Of a stretch of DNA of 49,505 nt, positions 24,778 through 33,971 are shown one piece after another. The DNA is taken from contig MVCR01000010.1 of assembly GCA_002050035.1 (NCBI GenBank), positions 1 through 49,505 of the forward strand. Direction: 5' to 3'. How positions within the stretch are numbered: the stretch's first letter is position 1; every line of letters begins with the position of its first letter. A program made the translations under genes and the position numbers. This DNA comes from Planctomycetales bacterium 4484_113. GTDB taxonomy: Bacteria; 4484-113. The notes beneath the pieces were generated by a model. The model was not told the DNA's origin, did no database searches, and saw only the letters and a program-made list of their open reading frames with translations.

Positions 24778-25607
24778 TGCCGGAGGTGTTTGTCAAGGAG
24801 TTCGCGCGTACGCAGCACCTGCCGACCATATGGTGTCCGGGCTGCGGTCTCGGAACGAGTATGCGCATACTGATGAAAGCTCTTGCTGACTTGGAGGTGG
24901 ACCGTAACCGGCTGGTAGTGGTTTCCGGCATCGGCTGCAGCTCGCGGATGGTAGGTTATCTGGATTGCAACACTGTGCACACAACGCACGGACGTGCTCT
25001 GGCGCTGGCAACCGGCATCAAGCTGTCGCGTCCCGAGTTGACAGTGGTCGCGGCGATGGGAGACGGGGACGCCGCATCGATCGGAGGCAACCATCTCATT
25101 CACGCCGCTCGTCGCAATGTGGACATCACGACGCTGGTGCTCAACAACTCCAACTACGGAATGACCAGCGGTCAGACTTCGCCGATGACTCCTCACGAAT
25201 CGGTAACCACCACCGCGCCTTTCGGCAACTTGGAGCACAAGTTCCATCTCTGCGATATGGTCAAGGGCGCAGGTGCAACCTACATCGCCCGTGCCAGCAC
25301 CTATCACTATATGCTCGCGATCCGCCTGGTGAAGAAAGCGCTCAAACATCGCGGTTTCTCCTTCGTTGAGCTGCTCACACAGTGTCCGGTTTACTTCGGA
25401 CGCTTCAACCGGATGTCGAATCCCAGCGATATGCTCCGGTGGCTGAGGGACAATGCGGTCAAGTACGTTCCCGGCAAGGAGAAGGAACTGCGGGACGAGC
25501 AGTACTACATCGGCGAGCTCTTCCGTGATGAAACCAAGGTCGAATACGGCGAGCTGCTCCGGCAGTTGCGGGAACGCGTGCGATCCTGGGAGGCGAAGCG
25601 AAGCTGA
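24777..25607 (+). CDS. korB: 2-oxoacid:ferredoxin oxidoreductase beta subunit (TPP-binding)
   Basis: WCPGCGLG near the N-terminus. TPP motif AMGDGDAASIGGNHLIHAARRNVDITTLVLNNSNYGMTSGQ. TGATG overlap with korA. Confidence 0.9.
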   Translation: MPEVFVKEFARTQHLPTIWCPGCGLGTSMRILMKALADLEVDRNRLVVVSGIGCSSRMVGYLDCNTVHTTHGRALALATGIKLSRPELTVVAAMGDGDAASIGGNHLIHAARRNVDITTLVLNNSNYGMTSGQTSPMTPHESVTTTAPFGNLEHKFHLCDMVKGAGATYIARASTYHYMLAIRLVKKALKHRGFSFVELLTQCPVYFGRFNRMSNPSDMLRWLRDNAVKYVPGKEKELRDEQYYIGELFRDETKVEYGELLRQLRERVRSWEAKRS

Positions 25608-26167
25608 TGAGTGCACTAACCGGCAGGTATGAGATCCTTCTCTCCGGCTCCGGCGGGCAGGGCATCATCCTCTCCGGAATCGTGCTGGCGGAAGCCGGCA
25701 TTGCGGAAGGGCGGAAGGTTGTGCAGACCGCTTCCTACGGTCCGGAGAGCCGTGGGGGGGCAAGCCGGAGTCAGGTGATTCTCTCACGCGAGGAAATCGA
25801 CTATCCGGGTGTGATCAGCCCGAATTTCGTATTCGTGCTCACTCAACTCGCTGCCGATAAGTATGCACACACGGTTTCTCCGCAGGGCTTTGTGCTCGCG
25901 GATTCAAGCTGGGTGGAAGCGGTGCCGCAGAATCTGCCGGCGCCCATCATCGCGCTTCGCCTGAGCGAGGAAGCCGCCAGCCGGTTTGGAATGGCTCTCT
26001 TCGCTAACGTGATCGGGCTTGGTTTTTTCATCGAGCGAAGCGGTGTCCTGCGTGCGGAATCCGTAACGGAAGCACTGGCGCGCCGTGTTCCCAAGCACTA
26101 CCGAGAAGCGAACCTCGAAGCGTTCACCTTTGGCCGCGAGCTGGCAAAGCAGCAATCTGGTCAATGA
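25607..26167 (+). CDS. korC: 2-oxoacid:ferredoxin oxidoreductase gamma subunit
   Basis: 186 aa. ILLSGSGGQGIILSGIVLAEAG...SYGPESRGG is the gamma-subunit signature. TGATG overlap with korB. Confidence 0.88.
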   Translation: MSALTGRYEILLSGSGGQGIILSGIVLAEAGIAEGRKVVQTASYGPESRGGASRSQVILSREEIDYPGVISPNFVFVLTQLAADKYAHTVSPQGFVLADSSWVEAVPQNLPAPIIALRLSEEAASRFGMALFANVIGLGFFIERSGVLRAESVTEALARRVPKHYREANLEAFTFGRELAKQQSGQ

Positions 26168-26405
26168 GCGAGTGTTCTGAAGCAGGTCTAACAGTAGGAT
26201 AGCACAGCCAAGTAGCATGCGAGCATCTCCATTAGCCAGTGTGATGGGGGCGTTGCATTGACCAGCCTGAGCCCTGCCTGAATGATAGGCGGTATCCCCG
26301 TTTCTCTCTGTTCCTCCAAGCGCGCTTGATCCTTTGCGGCAAGTGGTGCCCAGTGGGCTAGCCGTGGCTAGAGGGAACGGGAGCAGCCTATACACGCGTA
26401 TCGTG

Positions 26406-26435
26406 TTGACAAGATATTGCCTCTGCTGCTATACT
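26406..26435 (+). promoter_or_regulatory. Near-consensus sigma-70 promoter with no gene close downstream
   Basis: TTGACA (26406-26411), 18-nt spacer, TATACT (26430-26435) preceded by TGC (extended -10). The next credible start codon is at 26884. Confidence 0.6.
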
Positions 26436-26840
26436 GCATGCTGTATCATTGTCTGGTGGCGGCTATTGCGGCAGATAGAGGCCATATATCAATGGAGACG
26501 GGATACCACTTCTTGCTCTGGGCCGGGAAGCTGCAGGGGCGTGCAGCCACCGGTCGCAGGCGCGACTTGGGGGCGTGGCTAGCGCTTGTCACCAATCAAC
26601 TGAACAAAGACTGCCGGGGGAATCGGCACCCCTGCGTTCAGATGGAGCGGCTGGAACTACGAGATGCTGATGCTGCGGGGGTTCTCGTCGGTAGCGGCAA
26701 CCCGCAGGTTGCGTGCGGCGGTGCGTCCACGCATGCATTATCGGGCTGCGCTGGTTATGGCAGAATCAGGCATTCCGAAGCGGTGAATCAGGTATGCGCG
26801 GATTGTCCGTGGCGTCGCATCTCGTCTACGCTTGCTCGTG

Positions 26841-26865
26841 GGTGGTGTGCAATGGGCACACCACC
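26841..26865 (+). promoter_or_regulatory. Perfect 10-bp hairpin abutting the ribosome-binding site of the 26884 gene
   Basis: GGTGGTGTGC (26841-26850), loop AATGG, GCACACCACC (26856-26865). AGGAGG (26868-26873) and ATG 26884 follow directly. There is no U-tract, so it is not a classical terminator. Confidence 0.45.
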
Positions 26866-26883
26866 TCAGGAGGAAGGAAGCAA

Positions 26884-27471
26884 ATGAAGAAACGGAGAAT
26901 GCCATTGCTGGGTGCTTTCTTACTGCCTCTTCTGGCATGTTCCGTTCAGGCCGCGCGGTTACGGACTTCCGGTTTCTGGGGGATATTCGCGACCAAGCGG
27001 CATTCAGGGTGGCGACCGGAAAACCTGCTGGGTGCGCAGCTCTCGGTGGATCTTCCCTCAGATACCGAAGTTGCGCTGACGGCCGTGCGGAAGCAGGAAA
27101 CCAACGTTCCATCCTACCTCGCCCGTGGTAAGCAGAAGCGTATACATCTTGAGGGCGAGCTTGCACGCGCAGGAGCTTACTTCCCCGGCTATTTCCGGGA
27201 TACAAGATTGAGTCGCGCGTACCTCAGCGTCAATGCAGCTTCGAGGGTTCGTCTTTGGGGAAGCATATCGGACAGCGAGTGGAATATAGCCGGCGACCCG
27301 CTGAATACGCGCGCCAGCTTATTGGGGTCGGTTCTGCTTCTGCTGGCGGAGCCGTGGCGAGGGCTCAGCCGGGATCTCTCCAGCCGGTCATCGCGCCTTC
27401 AGTGCAGAAGAGTGTGGGCACTGGCGGCGCGCAGTTGCTTTCTGACAAATCTGAGAGGAGGAATGAAATGA
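26884..27471 (+). CDS. Hypothetical lipoprotein
   Basis: I chose ATG 26884, after the AGGAGG Shine-Dalgarno. Signal MKKRRMPLLGAFLLPLLAC. Third-position GC is high through the ORF. The Arg/Ser-rich C-terminal third looks odd. ATGA overlap with the next gene (27468-27471). Confidence 0.45.
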   Translation: MKKRRMPLLGAFLLPLLACSVQAARLRTSGFWGIFATKRHSGWRPENLLGAQLSVDLPSDTEVALTAVRKQETNVPSYLARGKQKRIHLEGELARAGAYFPGYFRDTRLSRAYLSVNAASRVRLWGSISDSEWNIAGDPLNTRASLLGSVLLLLAEPWRGLSRDLSSRSSRLQCRRVWALAARSCFLTNLRGGMK

Positions 27472-29909
27472 GGCATCACTTGAACAAACTTGGGGTGTGG
27501 CTTGTTGTAGCTCTACTCTTGGCACTGGTTTCTTGCGGGGGCAAGGGGAAGCCGGCGATCTCAACAACTGCGCCCCCAGGGACAGATTCGCAGTCGGAAG
27601 CGACGACTAGCTCAAAGGCTAAGGTCGATGTTGCCGGTGCACTGGCGAAGCTGGATGCCCTCGCAAGCCCGCCGGGGGTGGAGGCAGCAAGGTTCGCCGC
27701 TCTGAAGAGTGCTCTGCGCTCGGCATTGGCGTCTCGTGGATGCGGGAGGATTGTCGCTGCGGCAGCGACAGGGGATGCCAACCGGCCATGGGCGATTGAG
27801 GCGGGGCTTACCGATGATGGTGACTTTCAGTTGCGTTGGCGCGGTGCGAATCTGGGGGATTACAGCAACGACGGCGTCGTGGGGATTGCGGACGTAACTC
27901 CCCTGGCAGCGCACTTCGGAGCGACTCCGCTTTACGACGATGAAGGGCTACCAGTGGCATTGGGCGATAACGAGTATCTCGCATATGTTGACGGCGACGG
28001 TGATGGGGTGGTGGGAGTAGGTGATATCACCCCGCTGGCATCGCATTTCGGAGCCGTGCTCGCCGGTTACCGGGTGTATCTGGGACTGCAAGCTGAAGGC
28101 GAGAGCGCGATTTCCTGGAGCGAAAGCTGGCTGACGCCGCCGGGAAGCCCCGATAGCTTGTGGACGGTGCCGTTCAATCCTTCCCGTGAGAGCGGTGAGT
28201 TGCAGCGCTACAGTTTCGTCGCCCCGAAGGTGGACGATTTCAAGGGGGCGGTCTATTTTCGCGTCGTAGCCACCGATGGTGTGCACGAGGGGGCTGCCGA
28301 TGCGCTGGCAGACCCGCTGAACGTGGATACGACGCCAGACGCGGAACCGCCCAGTCCGGTTGTAGAACCTCCGCTGCTGACAGCGATTCCAGGTGATGGC
28401 AGCGTGGCTCTGAACTGGAGCGCGTGGGCTGATACTAAAACGCCGCCGGTTATCTATACGCTCTATTGGGCAGACCATCCGATAGTTCGCACTACGGAGG
28501 CGCAGGGCGTGCAGGAAGCCGGTAGCGTCACCGAAGCGGTGGTCTCGGGATTGCAGAACGCGAGACCGTTGTGGTTCCTTGTTCAGGCGCAGGATTCTAT
28601 GTCGCCGCCAAACAGCGCGGCTCCGCTGGGACCGGTGGTGGCGACTCCGAATCCGGTAGGGATCTATGAACTGCCTCCGAGCGGGCTTTATGAGTTGCCG
28701 GGCGGTATCGGAACCTCCACGCGGATGCAGAATCATCCAAGCCCCGGCAGCGGCTTGAACAACCCTCTCTATGAGGATGGAGCGCCGGCGATGGTCTGGG
28801 TAAGCTGCACTGAAGTCAAGAACACGATTCTCACTTACGGTTACTTCAGCAAAGGGCGCTGGGTCACCTACGAGATCAATCCGAGCGCACGCTGCCGGCG
28901 TCCTGGTTTTCTCCTCTTTGGCGACCATCCCTATGTGGCGGCGGCGAATCTTGATGAGCCTTCGCTGGACCTCTACGTGGGCGATCCAGCCGGCAGCGCA
29001 TGGGAACGCGAAGTTGTGGATGCTACCTCCGATGAGATTCTGCGGGTGGCGGTGGGTGTTGGCAGCCTACCTGATGTCAGCGCACCGGTGCTTGTGGTCG
29101 CCTACACCACCGCATCAGGAAGCAGCCATGAGTTGAACGTGGCGTGGCGGCAGCTAGACCGGATTGGCGATTGGCACCTGCAAAGAGCGGTGGCTTCCGA
29201 CTCCTGGATGCTTGATGTGGTGGCACCGGTGACCGTTGAGGGCGAAGATGGGTTAAGTGTGCTGTTCACGCATGGCGAAGTCGACCTGGATCATTTGCAC
29301 TTGGCTACTCTGCTCTCCGGTGCTTACCTGGCGACAGCGAGCGGTCCTTGGGAAGTCAACCCAATCGCGGTTCCCGATTTGCTGCCCGGAGATGAGAACC
29401 CGGTGTTCTTGCACACGCGAGCGGAGCCCCCGTTTGGCGCGGGAATACCTTTCGCTATGAGCCAGGTTAGGGAAACCACCATTTTCGATCAAACGGTCGT
29501 TGTCGGCTCGGACATCATTTCTGCTGAGCTGCGATGGAACGCTGGGGTTGGCGAGCTAACCGGTGCTGAGGTGGTATTCGAAGGCACTACCGACCTGAGC
29601 GACTATGCGGATGGCGAAATCGGTGTTGATTGGGCGGTCTTTCCGTCGTTGGCGGCTGAGGACGACATTGTGCTCGCGCGTGGGCAGGGCACAGTCCTTT
29701 TTGCGAGCGATCCCGAGTTCAGGATTACTTCCGGGCTTGTTGATGCGAGCATCTGGCGATACGTAAACGGGACTCTGTCGGAGCTCTCGATCCCCGGCGG
29801 TCGCGAGCTGAATGCCTTCGCATCTCAGCTTTTCTATGTGAAGCAGGTTAATGCGGACTTGACCAGCCTGGATGTTCCGACGGGTCCTCTGCTTTACTAT
29901 CGGGAGTGA
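27468..29909 (+). CDS. Large surface lipoprotein: dockerin-like Ca-binding repeats + FN3-like domain + beta-rich C-terminal region
   Basis: I chose the start at MRHHLNKLGVWLVVALLLALVSC (ATG 27468, GAGAGGAGG Shine-Dalgarno). Two EF-hand/dockerin-type repeats are present: DYSNDGVVGIADVTPLAAHFG and DGDGDGVVGVGDITPLASHFG. An FN3-like segment follows (LTAIPGDGSVALNWSAW...VIYTLYW). About 430 aa remain unassigned. Confidence 0.75.
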   Translation: MRHHLNKLGVWLVVALLLALVSCGGKGKPAISTTAPPGTDSQSEATTSSKAKVDVAGALAKLDALASPPGVEAARFAALKSALRSALASRGCGRIVAAAATGDANRPWAIEAGLTDDGDFQLRWRGANLGDYSNDGVVGIADVTPLAAHFGATPLYDDEGLPVALGDNEYLAYVDGDGDGVVGVGDITPLASHFGAVLAGYRVYLGLQAEGESAISWSESWLTPPGSPDSLWTVPFNPSRESGELQRYSFVAPKVDDFKGAVYFRVVATDGVHEGAADALADPLNVDTTPDAEPPSPVVEPPLLTAIPGDGSVALNWSAWADTKTPPVIYTLYWADHPIVRTTEAQGVQEAGSVTEAVVSGLQNARPLWFLVQAQDSMSPPNSAAPLGPVVATPNPVGIYELPPSGLYELPGGIGTSTRMQNHPSPGSGLNNPLYEDGAPAMVWVSCTEVKNTILTYGYFSKGRWVTYEINPSARCRRPGFLLFGDHPYVAAANLDEPSLDLYVGDPAGSAWEREVVDATSDEILRVAVGVGSLPDVSAPVLVVAYTTASGSSHELNVAWRQLDRIGDWHLQRAVASDSWMLDVVAPVTVEGEDGLSVLFTHGEVDLDHLHLATLLSGAYLATASGPWEVNPIAVPDLLPGDENPVFLHTRAEPPFGAGIPFAMSQVRETTIFDQTVVVGSDIISAELRWNAGVGELTGAEVVFEGTTDLSDYADGEIGVDWAVFPSLAAEDDIVLARGQGTVLFASDPEFRITSGLVDASIWRYVNGTLSELSIPGGRELNAFASQLFYVKQVNADLTSLDVPTGPLLYYRE

Positions 29910-30064
29910 TTTCAAGATGCGTTCGCCGATACTGATCGCTGAAGCTTGTCCGGTTGAAGGCTCGGGCGGGGACGGTATGAGCGAACCTTCAGCCTTCTGG
30001 GTGCGGGGAGCGTGCTCTCCCGGTCGGAGAAGTTCGCCTTGGGCTTCGAAGCCCTAAGGAGGAG

Positions 30065-32677
30065 ATGCTGATGTACAGCAAGAGGCGCATTCGCTTCCTG
30101 ACCGCGAGCACTCTGCTTATCTGGCTCATCAGCTTCCTCATCTTCGGGGCGCTGCTGCTGCGCTTTGTGCATATCCAGCTGGTAGTTATCCACCCCGAGC
30201 AGGCGTGGCCCCTGGCTTTCTTCATCTCCTTCACCCTACTAGCTCTCTCCTCCGCCAGCTTGCTCCTGGCGCGGCTCTTGGAGCGGGAGCAGGAACGGGT
30301 GGGCGCTCTTGAGCGCGAGTTGCAGGCGGGTTCAGCGAAAATGGATCGCAGCCAGCGGACTCTGGACACGCTTCTTGGACAGGCCGATTCAACAGTTCTC
30401 ATCTTCGATGCTTCCGGCAATACCGCATACGTGAATCCCGCGCACGAGCGCATTCTCGGCTACTCGCCGGAAGACTACCAAGAAGACCCGGAACTGGGCG
30501 ATCGCATTGTCCTGCCCGAAGATCGCGAGAAGCGGGCGGAGTACTTCGACAAGATATCGCGCCTGGAAGCCCCTCCCGATCCGGTAACCATCCGCTATCG
30601 CAACCGCAGCGGCGACTTGGTCTATCTAGAATACCGCGCCTCCACCATCCTCAGCCGGATAGGCGAGACCATCGGCGTGCTGGTGGTAGGGCGAGATATC
30701 ACCACGGAGCGCGAAGCGGAGGAGGCGCTGCGGCGCTCACGCTATGAACTGAGCATTCACAATCGGTTGGCTGAAATCTTCCTTACAGTTCCGGATGAAG
30801 AGGTATACGGTGAAGCGCTGCAGCTCATACTCGAGGCGACGGAGAGCGCATACGGGATCTTCGGCTACGTGGAGGAGGATGGTTCTCTGGTTTCTCCTTC
30901 CTTATCGAGGAAAGTCTGGGATCAGTGCCAGATTCCTGCGAAGTCGGTCGTTTTCCCGCGTGAGCAGTGGGCTGGCATCTGGGGCAACGCTCTCCTGGAC
31001 AAGAAGACCTACTATTCTAATGAGCCTTTTTCCGTTCCCGAGGGACACATTCCCATCGAGAGAGCGGTGGCAGTGCCACTAGTGCATCAGGGGGAAGCGA
31101 TTGGGCTTTTGATGGTCGGCAACAAGGCGACTGACTACGAGGAGAAGGACATAGCTCTGCTCGAGAGCGTCGCTTCCTACAAGGCTCCCATCCTGCGCGC
31201 TCGCTTGGAGAGAGACCGCAGGGATAGCGAGCGGAAGCGAGCCGAGGAAGCGCTGAGGGAATCTGAGAAAAGATACCGCACGCTGTTTGAGGGTGCCGCC
31301 GAAGGCATCCTGGTCGCCGATGTTGAGACCCGCAGGTTCAAGTATGCCAACACCGCCATCTGCAAGATGCTGGGTTACACGAAAGAGGAGCTGGAGTCAA
31401 TGTCCGTTGAGGACATTCATCCGGCGGAAGTACTGGAGCACGTGATTTCGGAGTTCGGAGCTCAGGCGAGGGGGGAGAAGAACCTAAATCCTGACGTTCC
31501 CGTGGTGCGCAAGGATGGAACCACTTTGCGCGCGGATATCAAGACAGCCCTGGTGGAGATCGACGGGCGGAAGTGCAACGTAGGTTTCTTTACCGATATC
31601 AGCGAGCGGAAGCACTTAGAGGATCAACTACGGCAGGCACAGAGGCTGGAGTCCATCGGTCGCCTTGCGGGTGGTGTCGCCCACGACTTCAACAATCTAC
31701 TCACGGCTATCAATGGCTACAGCGATCTCTTGTTGGATCGGCTGGAAGAGGGGAGTCCTCTGCGTGAGGACCTTCAGGTGATCAGGGACGCCGGCGAACG
31801 TGCCGCTGCTCTCACCCATCAGCTCCTCGCTTTCAGCCGCAAGCAGGTGCTGGAGCCAAAGGTTCTGGACCTCAACTCTGTGGTCGCCCGTGTTGAGCGG
31901 ATGCTGCGGCGGGTTATCGGGGAAGATGTTGACCTTGTCACGGTGCCGGCTCCAGAACTTGGAAGCGTGGAAGTTGACCCCACGCAGATTGAGCAAATCA
32001 TCCTGAATCTTGCGGTCAATGCTCGTGATGCGATGCCGGGCGGCGGCAAGCTAACCATTGAAACGGCGAATGTTGAATTGGACGAGGAGTATGCAAAGCA
32101 GCATGTTGGTGTGACTCCCGGAGCCTATGTGATGCTGGCAGTAAGTGATACCGGAGTTGGGATGGACGCCGAGACGCAGAGGCGTATCTTCGATCCCTTC
32201 TTCACCACCAAGAAGAAGGGTGAAGGCACCGGGCTCGGTCTCTCCACCGTTTATGGCATCGTCAAACAGAGCGGTGGGAACATCTGGGTTTACAGCGAGC
32301 TCGGTCAGGGCACCACATTCAAGGTCTATCTGCCAAGGGTGGATCGACCTGCTGATTCGGTCAGTGTGCAGCGGGCTTCTGCGGATTCTGCCTACTCCGG
32401 GCGCGAAGCGCTTTCGCTTGCCGGACGGCATCGCCATCCCATTCACTTGATGGTGACTGATGTTGTGCTTCCGGATATGCATGGCCCCGAGCTAGTGAAA
32501 AGACTGAGCTCTTTGCGTCCGGATATGAGAGTCCTCTATTGCTCTGGCTACACGGACAACGCCATTGTCCACCACGGCGTCCTGGATTCGGAAACGGCGT
32601 TCCTGCAGAAGCCTTTTACCCCGCAATCGCTGCTGCGAAAGGTGCGCGAAGTGCTGGGCGGGGCTCGGGCGGGGTAG
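30065..32677 (+). CDS. Hybrid sensor histidine kinase (TM - PAS - GAF-like - PAS - HisKA - HATPase - partial receiver)
   Basis: AGGAGG Shine-Dalgarno. N-terminal TM helices. PAS segments (VLIFDASGNTAYVNPAHERILGY; GILVADVETRRFKYANTAICKMLGY). H-box GGVAHDFNNLLTAINGY. N/G boxes NLAVNARDAM and DTGVGMD...GTGLGLSTVYGIV. C-terminal receiver-like HLMVTDVVLPDMHG...LYCSGYTD...FLQKPF. Confidence 0.9.
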   Translation: MLMYSKRRIRFLTASTLLIWLISFLIFGALLLRFVHIQLVVIHPEQAWPLAFFISFTLLALSSASLLLARLLEREQERVGALERELQAGSAKMDRSQRTLDTLLGQADSTVLIFDASGNTAYVNPAHERILGYSPEDYQEDPELGDRIVLPEDREKRAEYFDKISRLEAPPDPVTIRYRNRSGDLVYLEYRASTILSRIGETIGVLVVGRDITTEREAEEALRRSRYELSIHNRLAEIFLTVPDEEVYGEALQLILEATESAYGIFGYVEEDGSLVSPSLSRKVWDQCQIPAKSVVFPREQWAGIWGNALLDKKTYYSNEPFSVPEGHIPIERAVAVPLVHQGEAIGLLMVGNKATDYEEKDIALLESVASYKAPILRARLERDRRDSERKRAEEALRESEKRYRTLFEGAAEGILVADVETRRFKYANTAICKMLGYTKEELESMSVEDIHPAEVLEHVISEFGAQARGEKNLNPDVPVVRKDGTTLRADIKTALVEIDGRKCNVGFFTDISERKHLEDQLRQAQRLESIGRLAGGVAHDFNNLLTAINGYSDLLLDRLEEGSPLREDLQVIRDAGERAAALTHQLLAFSRKQVLEPKVLDLNSVVARVERMLRRVIGEDVDLVTVPAPELGSVEVDPTQIEQIILNLAVNARDAMPGGGKLTIETANVELDEEYAKQHVGVTPGAYVMLAVSDTGVGMDAETQRRIFDPFFTTKKKGEGTGLGLSTVYGIVKQSGGNIWVYSELGQGTTFKVYLPRVDRPADSVSVQRASADSAYSGREALSLAGRHRHPIHLMVTDVVLPDMHGPELVKRLSSLRPDMRVLYCSGYTDNAIVHHGVLDSETAFLQKPFTPQSLLRKVREVLGGARAG

Positions 32678-32769
32678 CTGTCGCATGCGAAATCCCCTGC
32701 TTGCTTGGCGCGCCCAGGGGGTGCTCGTGGCGCCAGCGCCGGCCGTTCGGAGGAGGGACTCAGTACTAG

Positions 32770-33831
32770 TTACCGGTTGAACTTCACCAGAATGATGTCC
32801 CCGTCCTGGACTGTGTAGTCCCGCCCTTCGGTTCGCCACCGCTTCTCTTCGCGCGCAACCTTCTCGCTGCCGGCAGAGATGAATTCCTCGGCGGGAATGA
32901 CATCCGCTCGGATGAAGCCTTGAGCGAGATCGCTATGGATGGCTCCGGCTGCATCCAGGGCGGTGGCGCCAGCAGGTATGCTCCACGCCCTCAGTTCCTT
33001 CTCATTGAAAGTGTAGAAGACGATATGGTCCAGAGCCTTCAGTATCGAACGTTTGAGCGGCGGTACCAGCGGTTCGTTGATGCCGTAAAGCTGGCGGAAC
33101 TCATCCCGTTCTTCGTCGCCTAGTTCCGCGAACTCCACTGCGAGCTTCACCGGTATGATATGCGAAGTTCCCACCTCCTCGGAAATGAGCGCCGAGATTC
33201 CTTCCCTCAGCTCTTCCTTCGCGTAAACCTCCTCGTCCACGTTGATCACGATGAGTTGGTTCTTCAGCGTCAGCAGGGCGAGGTCTCTTAGCTGTTTCTT
33301 CTCATCCGTCGTCAGCTCGTTATGCAGAAGCTTGCTTGCTTCCAGAAGCTCCGCCACCCTGGAAAGCAACTTGTATCGAGCATCCTGCTCCGGTTTCTTC
33401 GTTCCCCGGAGTCGTTGCTGGTGTTTCTTCAGGGCATTCTCGGCAATCGCCAGATCCAGGATAAGCAACTCATCACCGAAAGCCCTCGTCGCTTTAAGAA
33501 CCCGCTCCGCTTCTGCCACACTGAACCCCTGCACCACCATGAGGAGCAGGTCTGCCTGTTTGATTTCAGGGAGAATCCGGTTGAGCAGCCGTGAGGGCGT
33601 GCCTGATGTGAAGCCTGGATAGTCCTTCACCTCTACGGCAAGTGGGACGTACTTGGGTCGCTTCAAGATCTGCTGGAGCGATTCCAGACGGCTGTCCGGC
33701 AACGAAACTGTGCCCACTGGTGGCGTGAAGGTGTCGGAAAGCGTTCTCTCCTGCGGAGCCGTGCCGGTGAGCAGCTCAAACAGCAAGCTCTTACCGGTGC
33801 CCTCCGGACCGACTATCGCAATGCCGAGCAT
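32770..33831 (-). CDS. ychF: YchF/OLA1-family P-loop ATPase
   Basis: I chose ATG 33831, 7 nt after GGAGGT; the track GTG at 33840 lies inside the Shine-Dalgarno sequence. P-loop GPEGTGKS, DYPG, YchF-type NVDE specificity motif, and the C-terminal TGS-like ...FYTFNEKELRAWSIPAGATALDAAGAIHSDLAQGFIRADV... Confidence 0.8.
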   Translation of the reverse strand: MLGIAIVGPEGTGKSLLFELLTGTAPQERTLSDTFTPPVGTVSLPDSRLESLQQILKRPKYVPLAVEVKDYPGFTSGTPSRLLNRILPEIKQADLLLMVVQGFSVAEAERVLKATRAFGDELLILDLAIAENALKKHQQRLRGTKKPEQDARYKLLSRVAELLEASKLLHNELTTDEKKQLRDLALLTLKNQLIVINVDEEVYAKEELREGISALISEEVGTSHIIPVKLAVEFAELGDEERDEFRQLYGINEPLVPPLKRSILKALDHIVFYTFNEKELRAWSIPAGATALDAAGAIHSDLAQGFIRADVIPAEEFISAGSEKVAREEKRWRTEGRDYTVQDGDIILVKFNR

Positions 33832-33864
33832 AGTTTTCACCTCCCCGACTATGCTTCTGGCTTC

Positions 33865-33873
33865 ATTCTAGCA
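33865..33873 (-). promoter_or_regulatory. Extended -10 (TGCTAGAAT) for ychF
   Basis: The reverse complement of 33865-33873 is TGCTAGAAT. It ends 33 nt upstream of ATG 33831. Confidence 0.5.
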
Positions 33874-33934
33874 GAGTTGACTCGATAGATCGCTTGACCG
33901 TGCTTCTGCTGCCGGTAGCAGCGCGGCGGCGAGA

Positions 33935-33943
33935 TGCTAGAAT
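33935..33943 (+). promoter_or_regulatory. Extended -10 (TGCTAGAAT) for metK
   Basis: TGCTAGAAT at 33935-33943. AGGAG (33959-33963) and the GTG start at 33972 lie downstream. The in-frame ATG at 33942 falls inside this -10 element. Confidence 0.5.
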
Positions 33944-33971
33944 GGGTAGATTCCCAGTAGGAGTTGATACT

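Noticed and set aside
23608-25616. 377-aa and 321-aa minus-strand ORFs antisense to korA/korB
   Set aside because: The sense strand encodes unmistakable oxidoreductase subunits with TPP and Fe-S motifs. The antisense products are His/Arg-rich and motif-free.
26442-26883. Known riboswitch or ncRNA classes in the long leader (B12 box, TPP, SAM, c-di-GMP-I/II, glycine, FMN, glmS, RNase P, tmRNA, SRP, 6S)
   Set aside because: I found none of the conserved core sequences I can recall by eye. The GGAAGGAAGCA near 26872 is simply the ribosome-binding region. This is not a substitute for a covariance-model scan.
26417-26887. 156-aa plus-strand ORF in the long leader (also 25904-26395 minus and 26738-27205 minus)
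   Set aside because: It would begin inside the promoter spacer. It has no Shine-Dalgarno sequence, is Cys/Arg/Gly-rich and has no motif. I treat it as non-coding leader.
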